Shown here piece after piece: positions 55,457 to 64,000 of a stretch of DNA of 64,000 nt. Below the pieces are notes generated by a model, which was not told the origin of the DNA, did no database searches, and worked only from the letters and a program-made list of their open reading frames with translations. Position numbers and translations under genes: made by a program. Numbering within the stretch: position 1 is the stretch's first letter; each line of letters opens with the position of its first letter. Source of the stretch: a virus (Duplodnaviria > Caudoviricetes); IMG/VR virus record IMGVR_UViG_3300021387_001758, positions 14,388-78,387 of that record, one strand, 5' to 3'.

Positions 55457-56455
55457 ATGATTACAAATTATATGGAAGAACTATTGTTCGCCTTTCTTTT
55501 TATTATTGGTATTTTACTTATATTAAATAATAGAAAAAGAAAACAAATTAAACGATTAAGAAATATAAAAGAAGAAGAAATAAAAGAAGAATTTAAAGAA
55601 AGGTGGATACAAGAAGAGCGAAAATTTGAAATTTATCAGTCAGAATTAACAGTTAAAGCACGAGAATTTGAAGAACAAATTTCTCAACTTCAAAAAGAGT
55701 TAAAAGAAAAAGAATTACGATACAATGAAGTTAATCAAGATTTAGAATTATATCGTACTGGAAAGTTAGAAGAGATTAATAAATTTGTTACTAACGAAAG
55801 GGCGCACCAATTAGAGATTTTACACACTTCTTTTAAAGAGAAAGAAAAGAATTTCCAAACGGCTTATGAGAAAGAAAAAGAAGAACTTACTACTGATATA
55901 AATAAAATAAAAGAAGAATTAGAGGATATACGTAGTAAGCGCGCCGCCGTAAATGAAGAGATTCTACGTCAAAGAAAAATTGTAGATAACGAAGATTTCT
56001 ATAAAATTCAGATTGACAAAAATTCTCTATCTGATATATCACTATTACAAAGTATAGCTCCGCGCCTAATACATCCAGAAGCAGTTAATAAACTTATATG
56101 GTCAGGTTACTATCAAAAACCATTAGCAGAACTTAGAAAGCGCGCAGCTATAGAGGGAAGTGGTATTTATAAAATAACTCGTTTAAAAACTGGAGAAGTC
56201 TACATCGGACAGGCTGTAAATATTTCTACAAGATGGGCGGAACATTGTAAGTCAGCTTTAGGCGTCGGAACATTAGCTTCATCTACTCTTCATAGATTGA
56301 TGGCACAAGACGGACCGGAAAACTTCTCTTTTGAAGTAATAGAAGCGGTAGATAAAGATAAATTGAAAGAAAAAGAATCATTTTATATTGACTTTTATGA
56401 TAGTAAAAATTATGGTATGAATAGTATAAGTGGAGTTAAGAATGGAACTAAATAA
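55457..56455 (+). CDS. TM plus coiled-coil plus GIY-YIG nuclease domain protein
   Basis: GIYKIT...VYIGQAVN...RWAEH. Confidence 0.75.
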   Translation: MITNYMEELLFAFLFIIGILLILNNRKRKQIKRLRNIKEEEIKEEFKERWIQEERKFEIYQSELTVKAREFEEQISQLQKELKEKELRYNEVNQDLELYRTGKLEEINKFVTNERAHQLEILHTSFKEKEKNFQTAYEKEKEELTTDINKIKEELEDIRSKRAAVNEEILRQRKIVDNEDFYKIQIDKNSLSDISLLQSIAPRLIHPEAVNKLIWSGYYQKPLAELRKRAAIEGSGIYKITRLKTGEVYIGQAVNISTRWAEHCKSALGVGTLASSTLHRLMAQDGPENFSFEVIEAVDKDKLKEKESFYIDFYDSKNYGMNSISGVKNGTK

Positions 56456-57500
56456 AATTCAAGAACAGATTGTAAAAACAGACAAAAGTAAAGTATTAGT
56501 TGATAGCGCTGCTGCGAGTGGAAAAACAGCGCTTATTGTAGAGCGTATTCGTTATTTATTAAGTAGCGGAGTTGAGCCTTCAAAAATAGTAGCTATAACT
56601 TTTACAAATAATGCTGCTAATGAAATGTTGGAACGTTTAGGGCGGCCGAGTGGTCTTTTTATCGGAACAGTTCATTCTTATTGTAACTACCTTTTACGTA
56701 GTAATGCCATTGATACAAGCTCTTACATCGAAAAAGAAGATTTTGATGAATTGTTCCACCTTGTAAGAGAAAATCCATCTTGTATTAAACCAATAGATCA
56801 TTTAATCGTTGATGAGGCGCAAGACAGTACCGATCCGCAATTTGACTTCTTTGAACTTCTAAAACCAAAGAATTTTATGTACTGCTATGATCCACGCCAA
56901 TCTATCTATGGATTTGCAGATGCGAACCCAGAACGGATTCTACAAATGGAACATCAGCCAGATGTTACTGTTTATGAAATGAATCAAAACTATCGTAATG
57001 GTTATAATATTTTGAATTTCGCAAAAAACCTACTATATAATTTAGGAAGCGATTTTGAAGATAGAAGTATTGCAGTCCGCGCTGAAGATGGCTACGTATA
57101 CCATACCCACTGGAGCTATAGTGATGTAGTTGATTTCTTTGCAGGACTTAGTAATAAAGAATATGATAAGTGGTTTTTGCTTTGCCGAACAAATCAAGAA
57201 ATTAGTATTTTAGCTGATATGTTTGATAAGGCTGGTATACCATATACAACTTTTAAACAAGCACAACTTACTACAAAAGAAATTGAAGAAGAATTAGAAA
57301 GTAATAAAGTAAAAATTCTCACAATCCATTCTGCAAAAGGACTGGAATCTGATAATGTACTTGTTCTTAACTCTCAATTATATAATAATGAAGAAAGACG
57401 ATTATACTATGTAGCTGCTACACGGGCAAGAAATACATTGGTATGGAATAAATTACAAAAGAAAAAGAAACCGAAAATTAGAACAATGAATTGGGAATAA
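56442..57500 (+). CDS. Compact UvrD/PcrA-family SF1 helicase
   Basis: AAASGKT, ITFTN.AA, VDEAQD, DPRQSIYGF, NYRN, TIHSAKGLE, YVAATRAR. Confidence 0.88.
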   Translation: MELNKIQEQIVKTDKSKVLVDSAAASGKTALIVERIRYLLSSGVEPSKIVAITFTNNAANEMLERLGRPSGLFIGTVHSYCNYLLRSNAIDTSSYIEKEDFDELFHLVRENPSCIKPIDHLIVDEAQDSTDPQFDFFELLKPKNFMYCYDPRQSIYGFADANPERILQMEHQPDVTVYEMNQNYRNGYNILNFAKNLLYNLGSDFEDRSIAVRAEDGYVYHTHWSYSDVVDFFAGLSNKEYDKWFLLCRTNQEISILADMFDKAGIPYTTFKQAQLTTKEIEEELESNKVKILTIHSAKGLESDNVLVLNSQLYNNEERRLYYVAATRARNTLVWNKLQKKKKPKIRTMNWE

Positions 57501-57529
57501 AAAAGAGAGGTATTAACCTCTCTTTTTTT
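57500..57529. terminator. Bidirectional intrinsic terminator
   Basis: AAAAGAGAGG-TATTAA-CCTCTCTTTT. Confidence 0.8.
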
Positions 57530-57956
57530 ATTGCGATTCTTCAAGTATAAATGTTATTATTATTGTCTCAGCTTCAGAGTCAAGAAGTGGTCTTAAGTCC
57601 ATCCATCCATTACTATCGACTTCAGAATAGTGGGTATTATCAATAGTCCCATAAAGAGTTTTTCCACTCGGCAGCTGGTCATGAGAAACTTTAATGTGAG
57701 TCCAAGATGCTGGTATATAACCTTTATTAAGTGTAGTGGTATTTTCTGCTTGGCCAACAAACGCGCGAGTCTCATCTTTATTCGTAAAAGGAACAAGGAT
57801 ATTTAAACCAGTTGTTCCACTGTTAACACGAATCTCTAAATGTATCGGTTCTTCTTTTTCTTCACCACCATCTTCTAACATTGTATCTAATACCGCTCTA
57901 TTACTATTATAAGGGGTATTATCTATATAATCTAAAATTTCTTGTTTTGTAGCCAT
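57528..57956 (-). CDS. Hypothetical protein
   Basis: ORF with GAGG RBS. Confidence 0.6.
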   Translation of the reverse strand: MATKQEILDYIDNTPYNSNRAVLDTMLEDGGEEKEEPIHLEIRVNSGTTGLNILVPFTNKDETRAFVGQAENTTTLNKGYIPASWTHIKVSHDQLPSGKTLYGTIDNTHYSEVDSNGWMDLRPLLDSEAETIIITFILEESQ

Positions 57957-57965
57957 TATAACCTC

Positions 57966-58862
57966 CTACTTCATTAATTTATTAACGATTTTTTGAATTG
58001 CTGTGGGATCATAGCCAGCTGCTTTTAATTTCTTAGTGCGGGTTTCTCCATTACCCCACTTACCCTCAATAACCTCTTTAGCTATTTGAGTATTAGTTTT
58101 TTTCTTTGTTTTTTTAACTCCTAAAATTTGATTAACTTTAGCCTGAACTTTATCATAGTTATAACCAGCTTTAGTTAATCTCTTTTCGCGAGTCTTACCA
58201 GTACCCCATTTTCCTGCAATAACTTCTCTAGCAACTTCTGTTATTGCTTTCTTAACGATTGGTTTAACTTCCGCTTTCTTAACAGTAAAAGTACTAAGTG
58301 GTACATAAATTACATCTTTATCAAGTGGTCTACTAGTATATTGATGCATTACGCCTAAATCGGATTTGTATCTCTGAAGATTTCCATTATTAGTACCCCA
58401 ACTTGCAACCCATTTAGGATAGTTGACTCCTTTAATTATATTTGTAAGCCAAGATTCACTTGCATATACACCTGCATAGAAGCCAGCCGCAGTAATTGTT
58501 TTGCAGAAAGTATTACACATATTTGAAATGGTTTTGGCTGAAGGAAATCCATTTCTTCTCTTCCAACCATCGGCGTCTTCCATATCGAACCAAACACCAA
58601 CCTTAATATCTCTTCCTTTAATTAAACTAAGGCAAGTTTGTGCTTCTTGTTTAGCTCTAGTCGTTGTTAAGGCGTAAGAATACCAATAAATTCCATAAGG
58701 TATATTTAGTTTTTCACATAGATCCATGTTGCGTTTTGCTTTTTTGTCAATTGTAGTGGAATAACCTCCACGAATTATGACAAATTGTTTCGTATACGGC
58801 GCGAGGTTAATATTTCCATTGTGTTCAGAAATATCAATACCGTATTTATATATTTTAGCCAT
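57966..58862 (-). CDS. GH25 muramidase endolysin with two CW_7 repeats
   Basis: GIDISEHNG, WFDMED; AREVIAGKWG.G..R...L..AGY.Y..VQ..VN repeated twice. Confidence 0.9.
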   Translation of the reverse strand: MAKIYKYGIDISEHNGNINLAPYTKQFVIIRGGYSTTIDKKAKRNMDLCEKLNIPYGIYWYSYALTTTRAKQEAQTCLSLIKGRDIKVGVWFDMEDADGWKRRNGFPSAKTISNMCNTFCKTITAAGFYAGVYASESWLTNIIKGVNYPKWVASWGTNNGNLQRYKSDLGVMHQYTSRPLDKDVIYVPLSTFTVKKAEVKPIVKKAITEVAREVIAGKWGTGKTREKRLTKAGYNYDKVQAKVNQILGVKKTKKKTNTQIAKEVIEGKWGNGETRTKKLKAAGYDPTAIQKIVNKLMK

Positions 58863-58996
58863 ATTAATTCCTCCATTTGTCTATTATTAAATTCTACCAC
58901 CTATATAATAAGTAAAAAAATATGCTGCCCCAACTTCAAATTTGCTTTTTTATAAAAATTTTGGTATACTTATTATAGAATAGAAAAGGAGTACCT

Positions 58997-59161
58997 ATGT
59001 TTAAAGTAAAAAGAAAAGAAACTGGAAAGATTTATTTAGTGTTGGATACTTTCTTCGATCCAACATTCCATTTCACTTATTTTCTAATTTGGGAAAATGA
59101 TGGATGGAGATGGCGGCCCGCGGATAAATATGTACCACCGAATTATATAATAGGAGATTAA
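58997..59161 (+). CDS. Small hypothetical protein (54 aa)
   Basis: Manual ORF MFKVKRKETGKIY..., AAGGAG RBS, sigmaA-like promoter. Confidence 0.6.
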   Translation: MFKVKRKETGKIYLVLDTFFDPTFHFTYFLIWENDGWRWRPADKYVPPNYIIGD

Positions 59162-59162
59162 A

Positions 59163-59432
59163 ATGCAGATTACAGAAGAAGAACGTATTTTGCTCGCAAC
59201 GCAAAATAACTATTTATTACTTTTAGATGCCTTATATAGTAGAGCTGAACTTACTACAGATAGAGAGGAACTTTTTATTCCTACTAACGACGTTCGTGAA
59301 ATTTTAAAAGTAATAACACCAGACGCATATTATGGAAAATTACAAGAACTTCAAGAGAGAGCGAGAATTAGAGATGAACAAAGATATAAAACAGAAGAAA
59401 AAACGGAGAATGATGAATCGAGAACTCTGTAA
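59163..59432 (+). CDS. Hypothetical protein
   Basis: ORF with RBS. Confidence 0.6.
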   Translation: MQITEEERILLATQNNYLLLLDALYSRAELTTDREELFIPTNDVREILKVITPDAYYGKLQELQERARIRDEQRYKTEEKTENDESRTL

Positions 59433-59862
59433 ACGATACCCTTTTCTTACTATAAGAGATTGGAGAACTGGAAAACCATTAAAAGAATGGAAATATGCTT
59501 TTACAGAGCTTGATAATCTTCCTCATGGTTGGCGCAAAGCTTTTGGGTATCAAATGCTGGAAGAAATTAGAGATACACTTATTAAAGGCAATTATCTCTA
59601 TAAATATCGCATTACTCAAATAAAAGAAAAGTATGGTGGCCTTCGTTGGTATGATTACTGCGTGCCGGCGTCGATTTATGATGAACTGCAAAGCATAATT
59701 AACAAATATGAAGACCTCTCTTATCATACTTGTATAAAATGTGGCCGGCCCGCAACAAAAATTTCAAGAGGATGGATTAGTCCATTTTGTGACAAATGTG
59801 CGGAAAAACTGAGTGGTTATATGAAATTTGAAAATATAGAAGAATTTTATCATAATAAATAG
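59410..59862 (+). CDS. Hypothetical phage protein (QIKEKYGGLR family, C-terminal Zn finger)
   Basis: QIKEKYGGLRWY...TCIKCG...PFCDKC. Confidence 0.7.
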   Translation: MMNRELCKRYPFLTIRDWRTGKPLKEWKYAFTELDNLPHGWRKAFGYQMLEEIRDTLIKGNYLYKYRITQIKEKYGGLRWYDYCVPASIYDELQSIINKYEDLSYHTCIKCGRPATKISRGWISPFCDKCAEKLSGYMKFENIEEFYHNK

Positions 59863-59876
59863 AGTAGGAGATATGA

Positions 59877-61730
59877 ATGACATATAACGCAAATGATATA
59901 AAAACACTCTCTTTCAGAGATGCTGTGAGAGAGCGTGTTGCTATGTATATGGGTAGCGCAGACAATCAAGGCGTGCTACAATGCGTGCGAGAAATTATTA
60001 CTAACTCAATAGATGAAGCTACGATGGGTTATGGTAATTGTATTATTGTAGAATTAGATAAGGATAATATGGTTACTGTTACTGATAATGCAAGAGGCGT
60101 ACCATTTGGGAAAAGAACAGATGGTATTGAAGCGATGGAAGCTATCTATACAATGCCGCATACTGGTGGTAAATTTGATGAAAAAGTTTACCAAAATGTA
60201 GCAGGAATGAATGGAATTGGAAGTAAGGGTGTTGCCCTTTCTTCTTCCTATTTCCAAGCAGATTCTTTTAGAGATGGCAAACACGCAACACTAACTTTGG
60301 AAAATGGAATTAAAAAAGATTTTACTATTGTAGACGATAAAGAAAATAAACATGGCACAGTAGTAACATTTATTCCTTCACAAGAAGTTTATAATCTTGA
60401 ACCAATTAGAATTGAATACGAAGACTTGATAGAAATGTGCCGAAATTGGTCATATCTTACTAAAGGAGTCGAATTCATAGTAAAAGATAATGTGAATAAT
60501 AAAACTCAATCTTTTCTTTCTAAGAAAGGAATTGTTGACTTTTTAAATGACTCAATTACAAAACCGATTCATAAAACTCCTCTATTTATAAAAGTAGAAG
60601 AAAATGGGGTCGAATGTGAAGTTGCTATGCAGTGGGCGGCCGACCGAAAAGAACATTGGTATGTATTTACTAATGGACTTGCAAATTCAGAAGGCGGCAC
60701 CTCACTGACTGGAGTCAAAACGGCTATTACTAATTTCTTCAAAAAGAAATTCAAAGGAGAATTTAGTGCCGATACAGCTCGTAATGGTTTATTTTATGTC
60801 GTGAATTGTAAAGTTCCTAATCCGAGTTTTGCAAATCAGACAAAGACAAAAGTCAATAATCCAGAACTTCGTGGACTCGCGCAGCGTGCGACCGGACAGA
60901 TGCTGGAAGATTTTAGTAGACGAAATACAGTAGAGTTTGAACAAATTCTAAATCTTCTGACAAAAGAGCTAAAAGCTGAACGTGCGGCAGAGCGGGCGCG
61001 CAAACAGGTCCTTGAAGCTTCTAAAGAGGTTGAGAAAAACCAAAAGAAAAAAGTTTTTTCATCAGATAAACTAAAGGATGCCGAATTTCTTGGAGAAAAA
61101 TCTACTCTGCTTTTGGTAGAGGGAAATTCTGCGGCAGCTTCAATGGCTGTCGCCCGTGATGTTACTCGATATGGTATTCTCGCACTTCGTGGTAAAATGA
61201 TTAACTGTTTGAGTAACCCCGATGAAAAGATTTTTCAGAATGAGGAAATTAAGCTTTTCCTTAGTGCTATGAATATAGTACCAGGGAAATACAATGCTAA
61301 TAAATTGAGATATGGTAAGGTTGCTATTTGTACTGATGCGGATAGTGACGGTAGCCACATTGGACTTCTTATAATGGCAGCCTTGCGCTATCTCGCACCA
61401 GAATTTTTAAATGAGGGAAGACTATATTGGCTTCGTTCGCCATTGTATATAGTCAAACAAGGAAAAAATGAATCATACTTCTTTACCGATGAAGAATTTA
61501 ACAAAAACAAAAATAAAGTTAAAGGTGAAGTACAGCGTAACAAAGGACTTGGCGCTTTATCTGAAGTACAGGCGCGCAGGTCAATGTTTACCGAAGAGTT
61601 CCAGCGTATGGAACAGCTTATACCTAATAAAGAAAGCCTCTACTTACTCGAAGATTTAATGGGTGAAAGCGTAGAACCAAGACGAAACTTCATTATGAAA
61701 AATATTGATTTTAGTAAAGTGAGGGAATAG
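59877..61730 (+). CDS. gyrB: Type IIA topoisomerase subunit B (GyrB/ParE)
   Basis: EIITNSIDE, DNARGVP, GMNGIG, EGNSA, LRGK..N, DADSDG, RNKGLG. Confidence 0.9.
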   Translation: MTYNANDIKTLSFRDAVRERVAMYMGSADNQGVLQCVREIITNSIDEATMGYGNCIIVELDKDNMVTVTDNARGVPFGKRTDGIEAMEAIYTMPHTGGKFDEKVYQNVAGMNGIGSKGVALSSSYFQADSFRDGKHATLTLENGIKKDFTIVDDKENKHGTVVTFIPSQEVYNLEPIRIEYEDLIEMCRNWSYLTKGVEFIVKDNVNNKTQSFLSKKGIVDFLNDSITKPIHKTPLFIKVEENGVECEVAMQWAADRKEHWYVFTNGLANSEGGTSLTGVKTAITNFFKKKFKGEFSADTARNGLFYVVNCKVPNPSFANQTKTKVNNPELRGLAQRATGQMLEDFSRRNTVEFEQILNLLTKELKAERAAERARKQVLEASKEVEKNQKKKVFSSDKLKDAEFLGEKSTLLLVEGNSAAASMAVARDVTRYGILALRGKMINCLSNPDEKIFQNEEIKLFLSAMNIVPGKYNANKLRYGKVAICTDADSDGSHIGLLIMAALRYLAPEFLNEGRLYWLRSPLYIVKQGKNESYFFTDEEFNKNKNKVKGEVQRNKGLGALSEVQARRSMFTEEFQRMEQLIPNKESLYLLEDLMGESVEPRRNFIMKNIDFSKVRE

Positions 61731-61949
61731 ATGAGCAGAGAAAAAAGGATTATTGATTTCTTGAAAAATAGTCATTTTTTTGAAGAGCCAGCCAATTATA
61801 ATGTCTGGCAAATAAATCATTTCAGTGCAGGACCAAAATATAATGATCCCATCAATACCACTGATGAAGAAATGCTTTTGTTAGAGCGAAAAGGTAAAAT
61901 AAAACATTATTATACGAAAGATCATGGAAATTGTTATTATGTAGTTTAA
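61731..61949 (+). CDS. Hypothetical protein between topoisomerase genes
   Basis: ORF track. Confidence 0.55.
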   Translation: MSREKRIIDFLKNSHFFEEPANYNVWQINHFSAGPKYNDPINTTDEEMLLLERKGKIKHYYTKDHGNCYYVV

Positions 61950-61959
61950 GGGGAGATAA

Positions 61960-64000
61960 ATGGCTAATTTAAAACCAATAATAGAAGAAAGCTTTACACA
62001 ATATGCAGGAGCAGTACTTCAATCGAGAGCATTAGTCGACGCGCGTGATTGTCTTAAGCCGTCTGCACGCCAGATCTTTTATTGTCTTTATACAGATAAG
62101 TTCCTCCATTCTAAACCTTTTAAGAAAACTCTTAAAGCTATTGGGTCAGCTATGAGGGTTTATATCCATGGAGATTCGAGTTGTGAAGGAGTTATAATGC
62201 GCGCAGGTCAGCCGTTTGCGATGCGTTATCCTCTTGTTGAGGTAGAAGGATCTTATGGAAATTTGATGGAGTCTGGCAACTGGTCTGCACCGAGATATAC
62301 TTCAGCTAGACTCTCTCGCCTATCAGAGTATTTGTTTGAAGATTTAGAGAAAGAAACTATTGTTGAATGGCGAGATAACTATGATGATACAGAGCAATAT
62401 CCTGCGGTATTGCCAACTAAGGGTTTCTTTAATGTAGTGAATGGAACTTTTGGAATTGGTATTGGCGCAGCTTCATCAATTCCCCAGTTTAACATAAAAG
62501 ATTTGAATAATGCGCTTATTACATTAATTAAAAATCCCGATTGTTATTTTGAGGATATTTATTGTGAACCGGATTTTGCAACGGGCGCGCAGTTACTTAA
62601 TAATTCAGAAGTTAAAGAAGCCTTAAAAACAGGATATGGTGCTTCTTGTAAGCTCCGTTCTGTTATAGAATATAATAAGGCAGACCATACGCTGGTTGTA
62701 AAAGAGATTCCATATGGAGTATATACCAATACAATTTGTAAGCAACTGGAAGAATTGTTAGATAGTGAAGAAAATCCTGGTATTGAAAGGTTTAACGATC
62801 TTACTGGTTCAACTCCAAATATTAAGATTTATTTGAAGAAAAAGACCAGTCCAGAGCGAGTTCTGAAATATTTGTATAAAAATACTGCGCTTCAGTCTTA
62901 CTATGGAATTAATTTAACGATACTTGAAAATGGACGTTATCCAAAGACAATTGGATGGAAAGAACTTCTTCAAAACCATATCAACCATGAAAAAGAAGTC
63001 TATCGTAGAGGATATGAGTTTGACCTGCGTAAAATGCGCGGGCGTGTACATATTATTGATGGATTGCTTATTTGTTTGGCATCTATTGAAGAAGTTGTAC
63101 AGACAATTAAAAATTCAGCTACAACTGCCGCAGCGAATAAGGCTCTTCAAGAACAATTCTTACTTGATGGCGCGCAGGCTAAAGCGGTACTGGATCTGAA
63201 ACTTTCCCGCTTGGCGCACCTGGAAGTGGAAAAATTAGAAAACGAAAAAGCTAAACTATTAGACCAAATTGCAGAGATTGAAGACATTTTAAATAATGAA
63301 GAAAAGTTTAATCAACAGTTAATTAATAAGTGGCAAGAAGTAATAGATAAGTTTGGTGATGCTCGTCGTACTCAGATTCTCGATATAGAAGATGAAGATG
63401 ATGAACCAAAAGAGCTAAGAAAAATTTCTGTAAATCTTTCTAATCAGAACAATATCTATGTAACAGAAGTTACTACACTTTACTCACAATCTCGCGGCGG
63501 CGTTGGTAAAAAGTTTAAAATGAGTAAGGGAGAATATATTGTATCTACTCAGCAAGGAGATAATAATAGTACAATTCTCTTCTTTACTAAAAATGGAAAC
63601 TGCTACCACGCAAAAGTTGGAGAAGTTCCTTATGGAGAAGTAACTCCAATTGAAAGTATTAGTGCGATGCCGCCTACAGAAGAAGCTTGTTATATGACGA
63701 TTGTCAACAAAGAAAAGCTGAAAGATAACAACAATAATATAATCTTCTTTACTAAAAAAGGTTATATGAAGAAGAGTAAGCTTAGTGAGTATAATGTGAC
63801 TCGTCAAACTGGAGTAAAAGCTTTGAATCTCGAACCTGGAGATACGATCTGTTCGGTTGTAATTACTAATGATGATAAGGTTGGTATGCTGACTGCGCGC
63901 GGTCAGTTCGTAATGTGTGAGACCAAGAATGTGCGTTCGATCGGTAGAGTCGCAAGAGGGGTTAAAGGAATTTCCTTAAATGAAGGAGACGAACTTGTAT
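61960..64000 (+). CDS. gyrA: Type IIA topoisomerase subunit A (GyrA/ParC), partial, with beta-pinwheel CTD
   Basis: Manual translation: RALVDARDCLKPSARQI, HGDSS, APRYT (catalytic Tyr), QSRGGVG, VKGISLNEGDELV. Confidence 0.9.
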   Translation, partial: MANLKPIIEESFTQYAGAVLQSRALVDARDCLKPSARQIFYCLYTDKFLHSKPFKKTLKAIGSAMRVYIHGDSSCEGVIMRAGQPFAMRYPLVEVEGSYGNLMESGNWSAPRYTSARLSRLSEYLFEDLEKETIVEWRDNYDDTEQYPAVLPTKGFFNVVNGTFGIGIGAASSIPQFNIKDLNNALITLIKNPDCYFEDIYCEPDFATGAQLLNNSEVKEALKTGYGASCKLRSVIEYNKADHTLVVKEIPYGVYTNTICKQLEELLDSEENPGIERFNDLTGSTPNIKIYLKKKTSPERVLKYLYKNTALQSYYGINLTILENGRYPKTIGWKELLQNHINHEKEVYRRGYEFDLRKMRGRVHIIDGLLICLASIEEVVQTIKNSATTAAANKALQEQFLLDGAQAKAVLDLKLSRLAHLEVEKLENEKAKLLDQIAEIEDILNNEEKFNQQLINKWQEVIDKFGDARRTQILDIEDEDDEPKELRKISVNLSNQNNIYVTEVTTLYSQSRGGVGKKFKMSKGEYIVSTQQGDNNSTILFFTKNGNCYHAKVGEVPYGEVTPIESISAMPPTEEACYMTIVNKEKLKDNNNNIIFFTKKGYMKKSKLSEYNVTRQTGVKALNLEPGDTICSVVITNDDKVGMLTARGQFVMCETKNVRSIGRVARGVKGISLNEGDELV

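Noticed and set aside
1000-63807. Numerous short antisense ORFs in the ORF track (e.g. 1000-1320, 3252-3737, 7526-8245, 33665-34210, 62924-63199)
   Set aside because: They overlap well-supported genes on the other strand or frame, lack an RBS and have low-complexity Phe/Leu/Ile-rich composition
1-64000. Alternative genetic code or suppressor tRNA
   Set aside because: Long ORFs (up to 1994 aa) are intact in the standard code, TAG and TGA end genes, and no CTA/TCA anticodon tRNA is present

Overview
The window looks like part of a large, AT-rich tailed-phage genome (siphovirus-like tail module, standard genetic code). The host is probably a Firmicute (Clostridia-like), judged from the promoter, RBS and operator motifs. 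Layout: (i) 1-2.5 kb, leftward genes; (ii) 2.5-15.1 kb, a rightward early/host-takeover block of small genes, each with its own sigmaA promoter and terminator; (iii) 15.1-16.3 kb, a non-coding repeat island; (iv) 16.3-23.4 kb, leftward small genes; (v) 23.5-30 kb, an RNA island with 23 tRNAs (two carry group I introns with HNH ORFs), an 81-nt tmRNA consisting only of the tRNA-like domain, and several large structured non-coding blocks; (vi) RNase H, a nucleotide kinase and a DNA ligase; (vii) 34.3-54.9 kb, lysis and tail/adhesin genes; (viii) nuclease, helicase, a second lysin and gyrB/gyrA-type genes. The most striking signal is in the early block. Its intergenic spacers are built from many near-perfect copies of operators matching host global repressors: about 15 LexA/SOS boxes, about 13 clostridial Rex boxes, tandem CodY boxes, a 32-bp-spaced NrdR pair and ARG-like boxes, plus unassigned motifs. 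Most copies lie away from promoters, which suggests a DNA decoy (repressor sponge) or a multi-input host-state sensor. All motif counts were made by eye and no database searches were run.
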